64,000 bases of DNA. It comes from Eubacteriales bacterium. GTDB lineage: Bacteria > Bacillota > Clostridia > Oscillospirales > CAG-272. The notes beneath the pieces are model-generated. The model made no database searches, had not been told where the DNA came from, and saw only the letters and a list, made by a program, of their open reading frames with translations. Position numbers and translations under genes: made by a program. The stretch spans positions 31,736 through 95,735 of the forward strand of contig JAZQFQ010000058.1 in assembly GCA_045539595.1 (NCBI GenBank), given 5' to 3'. Numbering within the stretch: position 1 is the stretch's first letter; each line of letters begins with the position of its first letter. Shown piece after piece: positions 50,777 to 60,094 of the stretch.

Positions 50777-51514
50777 TCAAATTTTTGTTTCGATTTTTTC
50801 TTTCAGACGGCGGATGATCTTCTTTTCCAGCCGGGAAATGTAAGATTGGGAGATGCCCAGCATATCCGCCACGTCCTTTTGGGTGCGCTCCGGGCCCCCG
50901 CCGAAGCCGTACCGCATTTCGATAATCATCCGCTCCCGCGGCTCCAGCTCCGCGATGGCGCACCGGATAGTCTTCTCGTCCTCACTGCGCTCGATGTCCC
51001 GGCTGACGGAGTCCTCGTCCGTTCCGATCACGTCGGAGAGCAGCAGTTCGTTTCCGTCCCAATCCGTATTCAGCGGCTCATCGATGGACACCTCCCCCCG
51101 CAATACCGACGTTTTCCGGATGAACATCAATATCTCGTTCTCGATACAGCGGGAGGCGTAGGTGGCCAGTTTGATATTCTTCTCCGCCCGATAGGTGCGG
51201 ATGGCCTTGATCAGGCCAATCGTGCCGATGGAGATCAGATCCTCCAGGCCGATCCCCGTGTTCTCAAATTTACGGGCGATATACACCACCAGGCGGAGAT
51301 TGTGCTCAATCAGCACGGATACCGCCGCCTCATCCGTGCTCAGGCGGGCAATAGCCGCCGCTTCTTCCTCGGCGGATAAGGGCGGCGGCAGCACGTCCGC
51401 CCCGTTGATATAGAAATTCCCGTTCTGCCCGGCGGCGTAGTACGCCATCATCATGCGCCCGATCCATGCACGCACGATATTCCGCAAGTCAAGCAATTTT
51501 CCCGAAATGATCAT
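50777..51514 (-). CDS. sigE: sporulation sigma factor SigE (pro-sigma-E)
   Basis: This is the C-terminal part of the fused ORF 50777..52363. Preferred start is ATG 51514 (MIISGKLL), with GGAGGA 7 nt upstream; alternative is ATG 51538. Has the pro-sequence then [18 protein letters not shown], regions 2-4 of a sigma-70 family protein, and lies directly after spoIIGA. Confidence 0.9.
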   Translation of the reverse strand: MIISGKLLDLRNIVRAWIGRMMMAYYAAGQNGNFYINGADVLPPPLSAEEEAAAIARLSTDEAAVSVLIEHNLRLVVYIARKFENTGIGLEDLISIGTIGLIKAIRTYRAEKNIKLATYASRCIENEILMFIRKTSVLRGEVSIDEPLNTDWDGNELLLSDVIGTDEDSVSRDIERSEDEKTIRCAIAELEPRERMIIEMRYGFGGGPERTQKDVADMLGISQSYISRLEKKIIRRLKEKIETKI

Positions 51515-51540
51515 TCCCTGCTCCTCCGATTCGCTCATAA

Positions 51541-52359
51541 TTATAATAAGGATGCGGGCAAAAGAACCCCGCATCCGCCATAGCCGTCCCCCGCCTCCCG
51601 ATCCACGCAGATGACCGCACTGCGGCACACCGATGTTTTGCCTCGCCGTATATGTACTTCCCGGCATAAGAATCCGTACAGAATCCGTGTGCCGTCCGCC
51701 CCGCGCATGGGCACGGCGCGCACGCCGGGCGACAGCCCGATGCCATCGGTCACTTTTCCCGCGAACTTTCCATCCACCTCGCCGGCGGCAAAGGTACGGG
51801 CGTCGGACGCGCGGATCAGTATCACGGGCAAGGCACTGATGGGATCCCTGAGCAGATTGCCGCTGTCGATCAGCGCCCGCCCCGTATACTCGTTCTCCCC
51901 ATAGGAGAACGATATCTCCGCATATCCCCGCCCGCCGCGGCGGGAAAGAAGACGGACAAACAGCACCGCGGCGGCAATGGCCATGGGGAAATCCGCTCCG
52001 GCGGTATCGGGTGCCGCCCCGTGGAACAGTCCGCTGAACACCGTCATAAATCCGCCGAGGAGGGCGCCGATCCCCCACACGGAGAACACAGTGCGGATAA
52101 ATCCACCCATGCCGCCGCACCGGCCAAAGGCGATCCACCCCATGGCGCAGGACACAAGAAAGGCAATACCGGCACCGAGGATGCCCTGCCATGTCAGGGC
52201 CGTGGCCAGCACGCCGTAGACGCCGCCCAAAACCGCGCCGGCCAGCATCCGCTTCGTCTTCGCCGGCATAGCCAACAGGCGGGCGGCGGCGAAGAGGGAC
52301 AGATAATCCATACTGAAATTGATCAGGAACAACACATCCGCATACAGTACCGTCTCCAT
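51541..52359 (-). CDS. spoIIGA: sigma-E processing peptidase SpoIIGA
   Basis: 272 aa. Has a membrane N-terminal half [23 protein letters not shown] and an aspartic-protease-like [16 protein letters not shown]. Confidence 0.9.
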   Translation of the reverse strand: METVLYADVLFLINFSMDYLSLFAAARLLAMPAKTKRMLAGAVLGGVYGVLATALTWQGILGAGIAFLVSCAMGWIAFGRCGGMGGFIRTVFSVWGIGALLGGFMTVFSGLFHGAAPDTAGADFPMAIAAAVLFVRLLSRRGGRGYAEISFSYGENEYTGRALIDSGNLLRDPISALPVILIRASDARTFAAGEVDGKFAGKVTDGIGLSPGVRAVPMRGADGTRILYGFLCREVHIRRGKTSVCRSAVICVDREAGDGYGGCGVLLPASLL

Positions 52360-52447
52360 ACATCCCCTCCTCGCTTATGTGTCATTATATCGCTTCGGCG
52401 GTGAAAAACCTGTCGCATCCGTGGGGGAGATTTTGTTGATTTGCCGC

Positions 52448-52479
52448 AAAAAAAGATGCCGCACAGGGTGCGGCATCTT
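52448..52479 (-). terminator. trmB terminator
   Basis: Minus strand AAGATGCCGCA-ccct-GTGCGGCATCTT followed by TTTTT. Confidence 0.85.
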
Positions 52480-52496
52480 TCATCGTATATGTATAT

Positions 52497-53234
52497 TTAT
52501 TTCCGGATAACGGCTTCGAGACAGTTGATCTTCACGCCTTTGGCGGTGAAGTTCCGCTCGTATTCCGTCATGATGTTGGTCTCTGCACGCTCTGACGCGT
52601 GGAGATCCCGGGTGAGAAACGTAATCTCAAACGGAGACGCGCTCACGGTTTCCACCGAGTACTCAAACAGCCCCACGTTGTCCGTTTTGAAGCAGAACCG
52701 GCCGCCATCCCGGAGAAGTTTCTCATAGATGGCAAGAAAGGCCGGCGCGGTCAGGCGGCGATCCTCGTAACCGCTTTTGGGCCACGGGTCGCTGAAATTG
52801 GCATAGATCACATCGAAGGTATTCTCGCCGAACATCTCGGGCAGCATTTTGGCATCTCCGGACAGAAACCGGACATTGCCCCGCTGAGCCAGGGGGATAT
52901 CCCAGCTTTCCCCGTCGGCGTACAGCATCCCGTCGGGGGTCAGCCATCCGCCGTGGGGGCCGAGACCGCCCAACTCCCGGCTGGCGGCATACTTCTCCAC
53001 CGCCACCACCAGCACGTCATCCACTTTCTCCATGGCGAAGTAGTTGTAATCCGGGGCAGCCACGGACAACTGCTTGACAAAGTCGCCTTTTCCGCAGCCG
53101 ATCTCCAGGCAAAGGGGAGCGTCTTTCTCAAAAACAGAGCGGGGATTTTCCCGAAGAATGGCGGGATTTGTACAAATCAGGGCAGAGAGGGCGGCAAGTC
53201 TTTCACTGCCGTGCTTTTTTTTTCGCATTCTCAT
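52497..53234 (-). CDS. trmB: tRNA (guanine-N7)-methyltransferase
   Basis: MRMRKKKHG..., SAM motif LEIGCGKGDF, FSDPWPK, ...FKTDNVGLFEYS..., NIMTEYERNF. Carries an apparent internal insertion of about 30 aa. Confidence 0.9.
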   Translation of the reverse strand: MRMRKKKHGSERLAALSALICTNPAILRENPRSVFEKDAPLCLEIGCGKGDFVKQLSVAAPDYNYFAMEKVDDVLVVAVEKYAASRELGGLGPHGGWLTPDGMLYADGESWDIPLAQRGNVRFLSGDAKMLPEMFGENTFDVIYANFSDPWPKSGYEDRRLTAPAFLAIYEKLLRDGGRFCFKTDNVGLFEYSVETVSASPFEITFLTRDLHASERAETNIMTEYERNFTAKGVKINCLEAVIRK

Positions 53235-53410
53235 ATTGATATTTTCATCCTTATTTGGTAAAATAATATATCATACTGTGTCCATGTGCCGGAACAAATA
53301 CCGGATCGGTACGTCCAAAGGACAGGCATTCGCCCTATCGGCACATAGAATTGTATCATATAATTTGAGAAAAATCCATACCTTCTTGATGAAATGAGGT
53401 GATTCGCAGC

Positions 53411-54274
53411 GTGAAAAAGGATGATTTTCTTCAATTATTGCATGATGAACTGATCCGTCACGGGGCCACGGCGGAAGTGGCCGACCACCATGTGCGCGTG
53501 ATTGCGCAGACATTCACCCCGGAGGACATGGCACGGATTGAACGTATAGAGAACCCGGACGAGGTATCCCGCCTGGCCCAGGCCATCGTTATGATAAAAG
53601 CCAAGCCGGCGGAAAAATCCGCCCCCGCCGGAGAGCCCCGCGAAACCGTATCCGCCGAGGCTGTGCCCTCACCGGAATCTCCAGAGGTGCAATCGGACAT
53701 TCCGCAGGATGACGACAGCGATATGAAGGTGTACACCGGGGAGCCGGTAGTGGCACCCTCTCCCCGACGGACATCCGCTGTGGCGGACGAGGATGCATTT
53801 TACGAAGATATGATCCGCGACGATGAGGAGGACGGCTTTGTCCATGCCGTCACACCGCGCGGCAAGCAGACCTTCTGGATCATTTTTGCCTGTTCTCTTC
53901 CTTTGATACTGGTTTTCCTTGTGCTGTACTTCAGTTTGTTCGCCGCTATGTTCACGGCTTTGTGTTCGCTGATTATCCTGCTGGTGGCAGGGCTGATCGG
54001 TGGGGTGGCCATTGGTGCCGCCATTTCCTTCATCTGCATCGCCTACGGCATCACTCAGCTGATCACCGTGGCATCCGCCGCTCCCGGTCTGTATGAGATC
54101 GGTCTGGGCATCTCCGTGGCGGGGATTGTTATGCTGGGCGGCATCCTTGTATACAATATGGCGATCCGACTGGTTCCGCTGCTTATGCGGCTGCTGGGCT
54201 CTCTCTTCCATTTCTGCACCGGAAAGCTGAAGAATCTGTTCCGTCGGGCAAAGGAGGCGTGCTACACACTGTGA
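53411..54274 (+). CDS. membrane protein with DUF1700-like N-terminal helical domain
   Basis: The listed start is GTG 53399. GTG 53411 is 8 nt after GAGGTGA. Sequence runs KKDDFLQLLHDELIRHGATAEVADHHVRVIAQTF, then an acidic/Pro-rich linker, then about 4 C-terminal TM helices. Confidence 0.55.
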   Translation: MKKDDFLQLLHDELIRHGATAEVADHHVRVIAQTFTPEDMARIERIENPDEVSRLAQAIVMIKAKPAEKSAPAGEPRETVSAEAVPSPESPEVQSDIPQDDDSDMKVYTGEPVVAPSPRRTSAVADEDAFYEDMIRDDEEDGFVHAVTPRGKQTFWIIFACSLPLILVFLVLYFSLFAAMFTALCSLIILLVAGLIGGVAIGAAISFICIAYGITQLITVASAAPGLYEIGLGISVAGIVMLGGILVYNMAIRLVPLLMRLLGSLFHFCTGKLKNLFRRAKEACYTL

Positions 54275-55173
54275 AACCTACATCTATTATTTTTCTCGTC
54301 GTCTCCGTTTTGCTGATCATCGGCGGCGTCATCGCCTGTACCGTAGCCAAGGATATTGCGGTTACGGACGGCTATACTCTGTTCCACGATGCGGAAGGCG
54401 GCGGCACCTATGTCCGCCATGATTTCAAGTCATCGGACGTGAACAAGATTGAATTGGTGGTTACCGACGCCGAGATCCACATCTACGGCGGTGCGGAGGA
54501 ATCCTATATCGAATTTTTCAATTTCCGGGACGGTCTGTACACGCTGGCCACATCCGGCAACACCATTTCCCTGGATGAAATCCCGAATCTGAAATCCCTT
54601 CTTTCGTTCAAGGGCGGATTCAGTTTTTCGGGCATGCGCTATTTCCTCCGTTTCGGCAACACGCAGCTTGGGCCCAAAAAGGTCAACATATATATCGGCG
54701 CCGACTCGGCGCTGAAGGTGATCTCCCTGTCTGCTGACAACGGCACGGTCTACGCGGAGAAGGTGGGCGTTCAGCTGGATCTGCAGATCACGGCAGATCG
54801 CTCCGTCACCCTGGTGGGCAATGACATCCGCACAGCCAGCGCGCTGACGATCGATGCCCCTTCCATTTCTCTCGACATGGAAGACTGCAGTCTGAACGAA
54901 CTCTCCCTCAAGGGAACTCGCTGTGATGCCGACCTGGACCGCTTCTATTTCACGAATCTGAACACGGAGATCGCCACCGGCACACTGGACATCCAGGTTC
55001 CCTTCTCGGTGGAAAATTACAGCATGGATATCCGCGGCTCCGGCGGAAGCTGCACACTGAACGGAGAAAAACTGGCCCTTCCCTATGCGGCGGAATCCAC
55101 CGTCGGTGCCCATCCGGGCAAGATTACCATTTCCGCGGGAAACGCCAATGTCTCACTGACTATCACGGAATAA
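54271..55173 (+). CDS. membrane-anchored DUF4097-like (putative beta-helical 'adhesin' domain) protein
   Basis: N-terminal TM IIFLVVSVLLIIGGVIACTV, then repetitive beta-rich ...INKIELVVTDAEIHIYGG... Start is ambiguous: GTG 54259 lies 1 nt after GGAGG, while GTG 54271 overlaps the upstream TGA. Confidence 0.55.
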   Translation: MKPTSIIFLVVSVLLIIGGVIACTVAKDIAVTDGYTLFHDAEGGGTYVRHDFKSSDVNKIELVVTDAEIHIYGGAEESYIEFFNFRDGLYTLATSGNTISLDEIPNLKSLLSFKGGFSFSGMRYFLRFGNTQLGPKKVNIYIGADSALKVISLSADNGTVYAEKVGVQLDLQITADRSVTLVGNDIRTASALTIDAPSISLDMEDCSLNELSLKGTRCDADLDRFYFTNLNTEIATGTLDIQVPFSVENYSMDIRGSGGSCTLNGEKLALPYAAESTVGAHPGKITISAGNANVSLTITE

Positions 55174-55196
55174 ACGATCCACGAAAGGAATAAAAA

Positions 55197-55457
55197 ATGA
55201 ATCATACCTACAAAACAAAAGGAACCTGCTCCTCTCAGATCAATTTGGATCTGGAGAACGGAATCGTAAAAAATGTACAGTTCACCGGCGGATGCAATGG
55301 AAATCTGAAAGCCATTGCCAAGCTGGTGGAGGGCATGGACGCACAGCGCGTGATTGATCTGCTGTCGGGCAACACCTGCGGCTTCAAATCCACGTCCTGC
55401 GGCGATCAGCTGGCCTGCGCTTTGAAGGAAGCACTGGCGGCGGAGTCCGCTTCCTGA
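55197..55457 (+). CDS. TSCPD-domain small protein (TIGR03905-like four-Cys family)
   Basis: 86 aa, YKTKGTCSSQINLDLENGIVKNVQFTGGCNGNLKAIAKLVEGM...GNTCGFKSTSCGDQLA. Confidence 0.75.
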   Translation: MNHTYKTKGTCSSQINLDLENGIVKNVQFTGGCNGNLKAIAKLVEGMDAQRVIDLLSGNTCGFKSTSCGDQLACALKEALAAESAS

Positions 55458-55477
55458 ATTGGAATACACTTTGACAA

Positions 55478-55510
55478 AATCACCTGTGCCGGGCACAGGT
55501 GATTTTTGTT
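55478..55510 (+). terminator. terminator after the TSCPD gene (end of the 53411..55457 operon)
   Basis: AAATCACCTGTGCC-GGGCACAGGTGATTT followed by TTGTTGTT. Confidence 0.85.
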
Positions 55511-55667
55511 GTTGGTCCCTACACAGGAATATTTATACAATATCGTAAACAATTCCGGCCTATCTTTTTAAAATTATTCATACACAGTTCATGCTTCCCC
55601 CGGGGAAATCCTGTATAATAGGATTATGACATTTTTCCGCAAAATCTGCGGTTTGCCGGAGGCCAAC

Positions 55668-57248
55668 ATGGTTCTCAAACGATTTATCAGTACAGCGATT
55701 GCCACTGCACTCCTGATCTCATCGGCGGCCTATCCCGTGTCCGCCGATACGCCATCCTCTCCCCCCGACAAAATTACCCCCGTTTCTTTTACCGACACGG
55801 CCGGACACTGGGCCAAGGATGCCATCGACCGATGGGCGTCTCTGGGCGTGGTTGTGGGGGAAAACGGGCTGTTCCGTCCCGACGATCCGCTGACCCGGGC
55901 AGAAATAGCGGTGATCCTTCAACGCATCATGCGCTACAAGACCGCCTCCCCGGATTATTTTATGGATCTGCGGGAGGATTGGTACATCGATGCCATCCAG
56001 AAACTGCGGGCGGCGGGTGTAATGCGTGGCGATGAGAACAACTGCGCCGCTCCCAATGCCACGATCACCCGGGAAGAGGCGATCACGCTGATCGCTCGGG
56101 CCTTTGATATTTCCGCCGCCAACGGCGAATTGTCCTTCACCGATGCGGAAGATATCGCCCCCTGGGCCAAGGGATATGTGACCGCCATGACCGAGGCGGG
56201 CTATGTGCGCGGCAGTGACAACAACTGCTTCTTACCCCGCGTTCCGCTGACCCGGGCGGAAGCGGTCACCATCTTCAACAACATGATCACTGCCTGCTTT
56301 TACGAAAGCGGCGAATACGACTACCGTCCCTTTGAAGGGCTGGCCGATTTTGTCATCATCGCCGCCGACAATGTGACGGTGCTCAACTTCGACATTGGCG
56401 GCAACATCATCCTGACAGAAGGGGTCAATCCCGAGACGATCCGGTTGAAAACCGTACAGCATTACGGGGAGATCCGGCAGTACACCCCCATAGGATTCAC
56501 CCGCCATCTGAAGGTGGCGTCCTATGTAGTCCCCGTGAACGAGCATCTGCCCGTCTGCTCCTGGGATCCGTCCCTGTTCGTGAAGAATGACAAAGGCATC
56601 ATGACCTACGCGGATGATTCGGTCACCACCTATTTCGGGGTGGACGTGTCCTCCTGGCAGGGGAACATCGACTGGCACAAGCTGAAGGCACAGGGCGTAT
56701 ACTTTGCATTCATCCGCGTGGGTTACCGCGGTTACGAAAGCGGTGTGATCAATCTGGACACCAAATTTGAAGAATACATCCGCGGCGCGCTGGATGCGGG
56801 CATCAAGGTGGGTGTGTACTTCTTCTCCCAGGCGCTGGATGCAGACGAGGCCCATGAGGAAGCCCGTTTTGTTCTGGACAAGATCCGGGGATATGACATC
56901 ACCTTCCCCGTGGTCTTTGACTGGGAAACCATCGGCAGCGAAACAGCCCGCACCAACAACATCAAAACCGAAAAACTGTGCGAGGCGGCCAACGTATTCT
57001 GCAACACCGTAGCCGAGGCGGGATACATCCCCATGGTATACTGCAACCAGAATGTATCCCTGCTCTACTATGAGCTGAGCCGGATCCAGGCCTTTGATTT
57101 CTGGTACGCGGAGTACAAGGATCAGCCCACCTTCTACTACGATTTCGACATCTGGCAGTACGGAAGCACCGCCAAGCTTGACGGCGTGCCCGACGCGTTT
57201 ATCGATGTGAATATCAGCTTCGTGGATTATTCCCAAAGAAAGCCGTAA
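55668..57248 (+). CDS. cell-wall-anchored muramidase: signal peptide + 3 SLH repeats + GH25 lysozyme domain
   Basis: ATG 55668 is 7 nt after GGAGG (MVLKRFISTAIATALLISSAAYPVSA). SLH repeats FTDTAGHWAKDAIDRW.., FMDLREDWYIDAIQKL.., FTDAEDIAPWAKGYV.. C-terminal GVDVSSWQGNIDW...FAFIRVGY... Confidence 0.85.
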   Translation: MVLKRFISTAIATALLISSAAYPVSADTPSSPPDKITPVSFTDTAGHWAKDAIDRWASLGVVVGENGLFRPDDPLTRAEIAVILQRIMRYKTASPDYFMDLREDWYIDAIQKLRAAGVMRGDENNCAAPNATITREEAITLIARAFDISAANGELSFTDAEDIAPWAKGYVTAMTEAGYVRGSDNNCFLPRVPLTRAEAVTIFNNMITACFYESGEYDYRPFEGLADFVIIAADNVTVLNFDIGGNIILTEGVNPETIRLKTVQHYGEIRQYTPIGFTRHLKVASYVVPVNEHLPVCSWDPSLFVKNDKGIMTYADDSVTTYFGVDVSSWQGNIDWHKLKAQGVYFAFIRVGYRGYESGVINLDTKFEEYIRGALDAGIKVGVYFFSQALDADEAHEEARFVLDKIRGYDITFPVVFDWETIGSETARTNNIKTEKLCEAANVFCNTVAEAGYIPMVYCNQNVSLLYYELSRIQAFDFWYAEYKDQPTFYYDFDIWQYGSTAKLDGVPDAFIDVNISFVDYSQRKP

Positions 57249-57254
57249 TAAGCA

Positions 57255-57303
57255 AAACCACCCGACAGCGAAAAAAAGCTGCAGCGGGTGGTTTCTATTT
57301 TTG
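57255..57303. terminator. shared hairpin between the convergent GH25 and CE4 genes
   Basis: AAACCACCCG-(20 nt including CAGC-gaaaaaaa-GCTG)-CGGGTGGTTT followed by CTATTTTTG. On the minus strand it is followed by TTGCTTATT. Confidence 0.7.
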
Positions 57304-57313
57304 CTTGGCAGGA

Positions 57314-58117
57314 TTACTGCAGCCGGAACACATCCCCCGGCTTTACACTGACGGTATCGCCGTTGATAGTGAACCAAACCTCCAAAGCGGAGGGATTGTA
57401 CACACGGGTACAGTCCGCATCCACCCGCAGCGAGCGCATGGCCTGCACATAATCCACGATCTGGATATTGGTGGCATACCACGTGTCGGGGCGGTGGGCA
57501 GCTTTCTTTGCAAACTCCTCGATCCGGTCCCAATTGGAGTCGTTGTTGAACTCGAAGCTGTGTCCCCAGATGTAAAACAGCCGCATGATGCTGTACTTAT
57601 CCGGCGCGTAAAACGCGTCCAGCTTATCCAGGATATCCCCTTTATGATGGCAAGTGGGATGCCACTGCATGAAATCCTGGGGCAAGGTGAATCGGTGGGT
57701 GGCCACCGTTGTACGGGCATATTCCATGCCTGCGGCACGGCACAGGCGGATCACCCGGTCATCGTAATTCCCGAAAGGATAGGACATCCCCCGCACGATC
57801 GTGCCTGCCGCCCGCTCCAGAACGCGGCGATCCTCCGCGATTTCCGCAAGCACGGACACATCCGGCAGTTCCGTGGGGAACGGATGGGTGACCATATGAC
57901 AGGAAACCTCATGTCCCGCGTAGATTTGGGGAATATCGGCCGCGGCCACTCTGCCCGGCTGATCCAGCTTGCCGGAATTCAAGTGAAACGTTCCCGCAAT
58001 GCCGTTATCCCGAAAAATCTGCGCCAAGCGCACATCGGCCAGATTTCCGTCATCATAACTCATGGTGATGCAGTGGTGGCATCCGCCGGGAAACAGATTA
58101 CAACGAATGGTATTCAT
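57314..58117 (-). CDS. polysaccharide deacetylase (CE4) family protein
   Basis: 267 aa, ...ITMSYDDGNLADVRLAQIFRDNGIAGTFHLN...HEVSCHMVTHP... Confidence 0.8.
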   Translation of the reverse strand: MNTIRCNLFPGGCHHCITMSYDDGNLADVRLAQIFRDNGIAGTFHLNSGKLDQPGRVAAADIPQIYAGHEVSCHMVTHPFPTELPDVSVLAEIAEDRRVLERAAGTIVRGMSYPFGNYDDRVIRLCRAAGMEYARTTVATHRFTLPQDFMQWHPTCHHKGDILDKLDAFYAPDKYSIMRLFYIWGHSFEFNNDSNWDRIEEFAKKAAHRPDTWYATNIQIVDYVQAMRSLRVDADCTRVYNPSALEVWFTINGDTVSVKPGDVFRLQ

Positions 58118-58189
58118 GGTCCGCCTCGATTCTTTAGTGTTTGTTTCAGTGTATCACGCATTTCCTCCCTTTGCAATACCCGGTGCACA

Positions 58190-58218
58190 ATTTGACATAC
58201 GCAAAAAAATGCGGTATA
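58190..58218 (+). promoter_or_regulatory. candidate promoter of the RumA/RlmD-family gene
   Basis: TTGACA-17 nt-TATAAT, 32 nt before the ATG. Confidence 0.55.
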
Positions 58219-58249
58219 ATCGTATCATCAAGCACAGGGAGGACTTCCA

Positions 58250-59554
58250 ATGAACATCGGCGACAGAATAACAGCGGCATTTACGGACACATCCATTCTG
58301 GGGGCAGGCGTTGCCCGGGTAGAGGATATGGCCGTATTCTGCCCCGGCGCGGTGGCCGGCGACACGGCGGAAATTGGGATCACTGCGGTAAAAAAACGGT
58401 ACGCCGAGGCAAGCCTGATTCGGCTCATCACCCCGTCAGCCGATCGCGTACTGTCCGACTGCCCGGTTTCCGATGGATGCGGCGGATGCACATTCCGCCA
58501 CATCACCTACGAAGCGGAAGCGAAATTGAAGGAGAAATCCGTCCGCGGCGCATTGCGCCGATGGGGCGATATTCACTGGGATCCCATCTTCACCGGCGCG
58601 GCGGATCACTACCGCAACAAGACCGTGTTCCATCTGGATGATTCCTACCACGCGGGCTATTACGCCGCCGCCACCAACTGCATCTGCTATCCGCCACAGG
58701 GCGGATGCCGGCTTCTGCCGCCATTGTTTGATTCGGTGGCAGGGGCCACCACGGCGATTCTGCGCCAGCAATCGTCGGAACTTCCCTTCCGGGCGCTGGC
58801 CATCCGCCGGGGGGCAGAGGACACCTTCACCGCCGTTCTGCACGCGGAGTGCGACAGTGATGACATCCGCCGTGCCGCCGCAATATGGGCAGAGACGGTC
58901 CAACGGGATTTTCCCCGGGCGGCCGGGCTATTCCTCGGCATCGGCATGCCGGAGGAGCGGGACGTACGGTATGAGCTGCTGTATGGAGAAAAGTATTTGA
59001 CCGACCGTTTTCTCGGTCTGGAATTGCAGATCTCCCCGGCGGCCTTTTATCAGGTAAATCACGCCGTGGCGGAAGAATTATGCCGCACCGTGGCCCGCTA
59101 TGCGGATCTGCAGCCGGGGGATGTAGCCGCCGATCTGTACTGCGGCACGGGCACCATCGGCCTGACACTGGCGTCCCTGTCGCCCCAGGCGACGGTGATG
59201 GGCATTGAGATCGTGGAAAGCGCGGTTCGGGACGCCGTTGCCAACGGGTCGCGGAATCATCTGTCCAACATCCGTTTCCGATGCGGCGACAGCGCCACAG
59301 CGGAGGCGGAGGGAATGCATTTTGACTGCGTCGTCATCGACCCGCCCCGGAAAGGATGCTCCCCCGAAATGATCGGGGCGCTGCTTCGCTTGAATCCCCA
59401 GCGGATCGTGTACGTATCCTGCAATCCCGCCACGCTGGCCCGGGATGCGGCATCGCTGGCTGAAGCGGGATGGAGTATCACCCGGGCACAGCCCTTTGAC
59501 ATGTTCCCCCGCACGGGCCATTGCGAGTGCGTGGTAAAAATGGAGAAAGAATGA
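58250..59554 (+). CDS. 23S rRNA (uracil-C5)-methyltransferase, RumA/RlmD family (TRAM + Fe-S + SAM-MTase)
   Basis: 434 aa. Cys cluster CPVSDGCGGCTFRH, ...DLYCGTGTIGL..., ...VIDPPRKGC..., ...YVSCNPATLARD. Confidence 0.88.
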   Translation: MNIGDRITAAFTDTSILGAGVARVEDMAVFCPGAVAGDTAEIGITAVKKRYAEASLIRLITPSADRVLSDCPVSDGCGGCTFRHITYEAEAKLKEKSVRGALRRWGDIHWDPIFTGAADHYRNKTVFHLDDSYHAGYYAAATNCICYPPQGGCRLLPPLFDSVAGATTAILRQQSSELPFRALAIRRGAEDTFTAVLHAECDSDDIRRAAAIWAETVQRDFPRAAGLFLGIGMPEERDVRYELLYGEKYLTDRFLGLELQISPAAFYQVNHAVAEELCRTVARYADLQPGDVAADLYCGTGTIGLTLASLSPQATVMGIEIVESAVRDAVANGSRNHLSNIRFRCGDSATAEAEGMHFDCVVIDPPRKGCSPEMIGALLRLNPQRIVYVSCNPATLARDAASLAEAGWSITRAQPFDMFPRTGHCECVVKMEKE

Positions 59555-59568
59555 TGAAAGGACAGCAT

Positions 59569-60039
59569 ATGAAAATCATCAAAAACATCTTAAGGTGGCT
59601 GCTCACCGTGCTGATCCTCTTGCCGATCCTGCTCTATACGGGCATCGTGATCGCCAACAACTGCATCGCTGACAGCATAGAAAAGGATCTGCGCGCCATC
59701 GAATTGCCGGAAAATACCCGCCTGGTGGAATCGGTTTCCATAGCCGGTAAAATATTCGGCAACGGAAACGGGATGCAGTACATCGGGGTAATTCTGGTGG
59801 AAAGCGATATGTCCCCCGAGGAGTTGGAAGAGTACTACATGACCCACGGAAAGTCTGTCGGTGAATACATCTCCGTCCGCAAGCAGGACAACCCGGACTG
59901 GCTTGGCGTCCATACGTTTCAGCATTTTGACGGCGCGGGAAACTACTACGCCATCGACTGCATGAAAACCAACATGAGCCACTACACAGACAGCGGATTT
60001 CTATGGGAGTTGCTGGATCTGGATTTGCGCGGCCACTGA
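59569..60039 (+). CDS. hypothetical N-terminally membrane-anchored protein
   Basis: ATG 59569 is 7 nt after AAAGGA. MKIIKNILRWLLTVLILLPILLYTGIVIANN..., followed by a soluble domain of about 120 aa with no motif I recognise. Confidence 0.5.
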   Translation: MKIIKNILRWLLTVLILLPILLYTGIVIANNCIADSIEKDLRAIELPENTRLVESVSIAGKIFGNGNGMQYIGVILVESDMSPEELEEYYMTHGKSVGEYISVRKQDNPDWLGVHTFQHFDGAGNYYAIDCMKTNMSHYTDSGFLWELLDLDLRGH

Positions 60040-60045
60040 ATAGTC

Positions 60046-60078
60046 AAAAAGCGGAGGGACATCCCTCCGCTTTTGTTA
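60046..60078. terminator. bidirectional terminator between 59569..60039 (+) and 60095..60520 (-)
   Basis: AAAAA-GCGGAGGG-acat-CCCTCCGC-TTTTGTTATT. Confidence 0.85.
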
Positions 60079-60094
60079 TTGTAAGGTTAATTTG

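Noticed and set aside
50777-52363. A 528-aa ORF that looks like one large protein.
   Set aside because: Only its C-terminal 245-253 aa (sigE) is real. The upstream part is an out-of-frame read through spoIIGA (true frame 51541..52359) and is Arg/Gly-rich noise.
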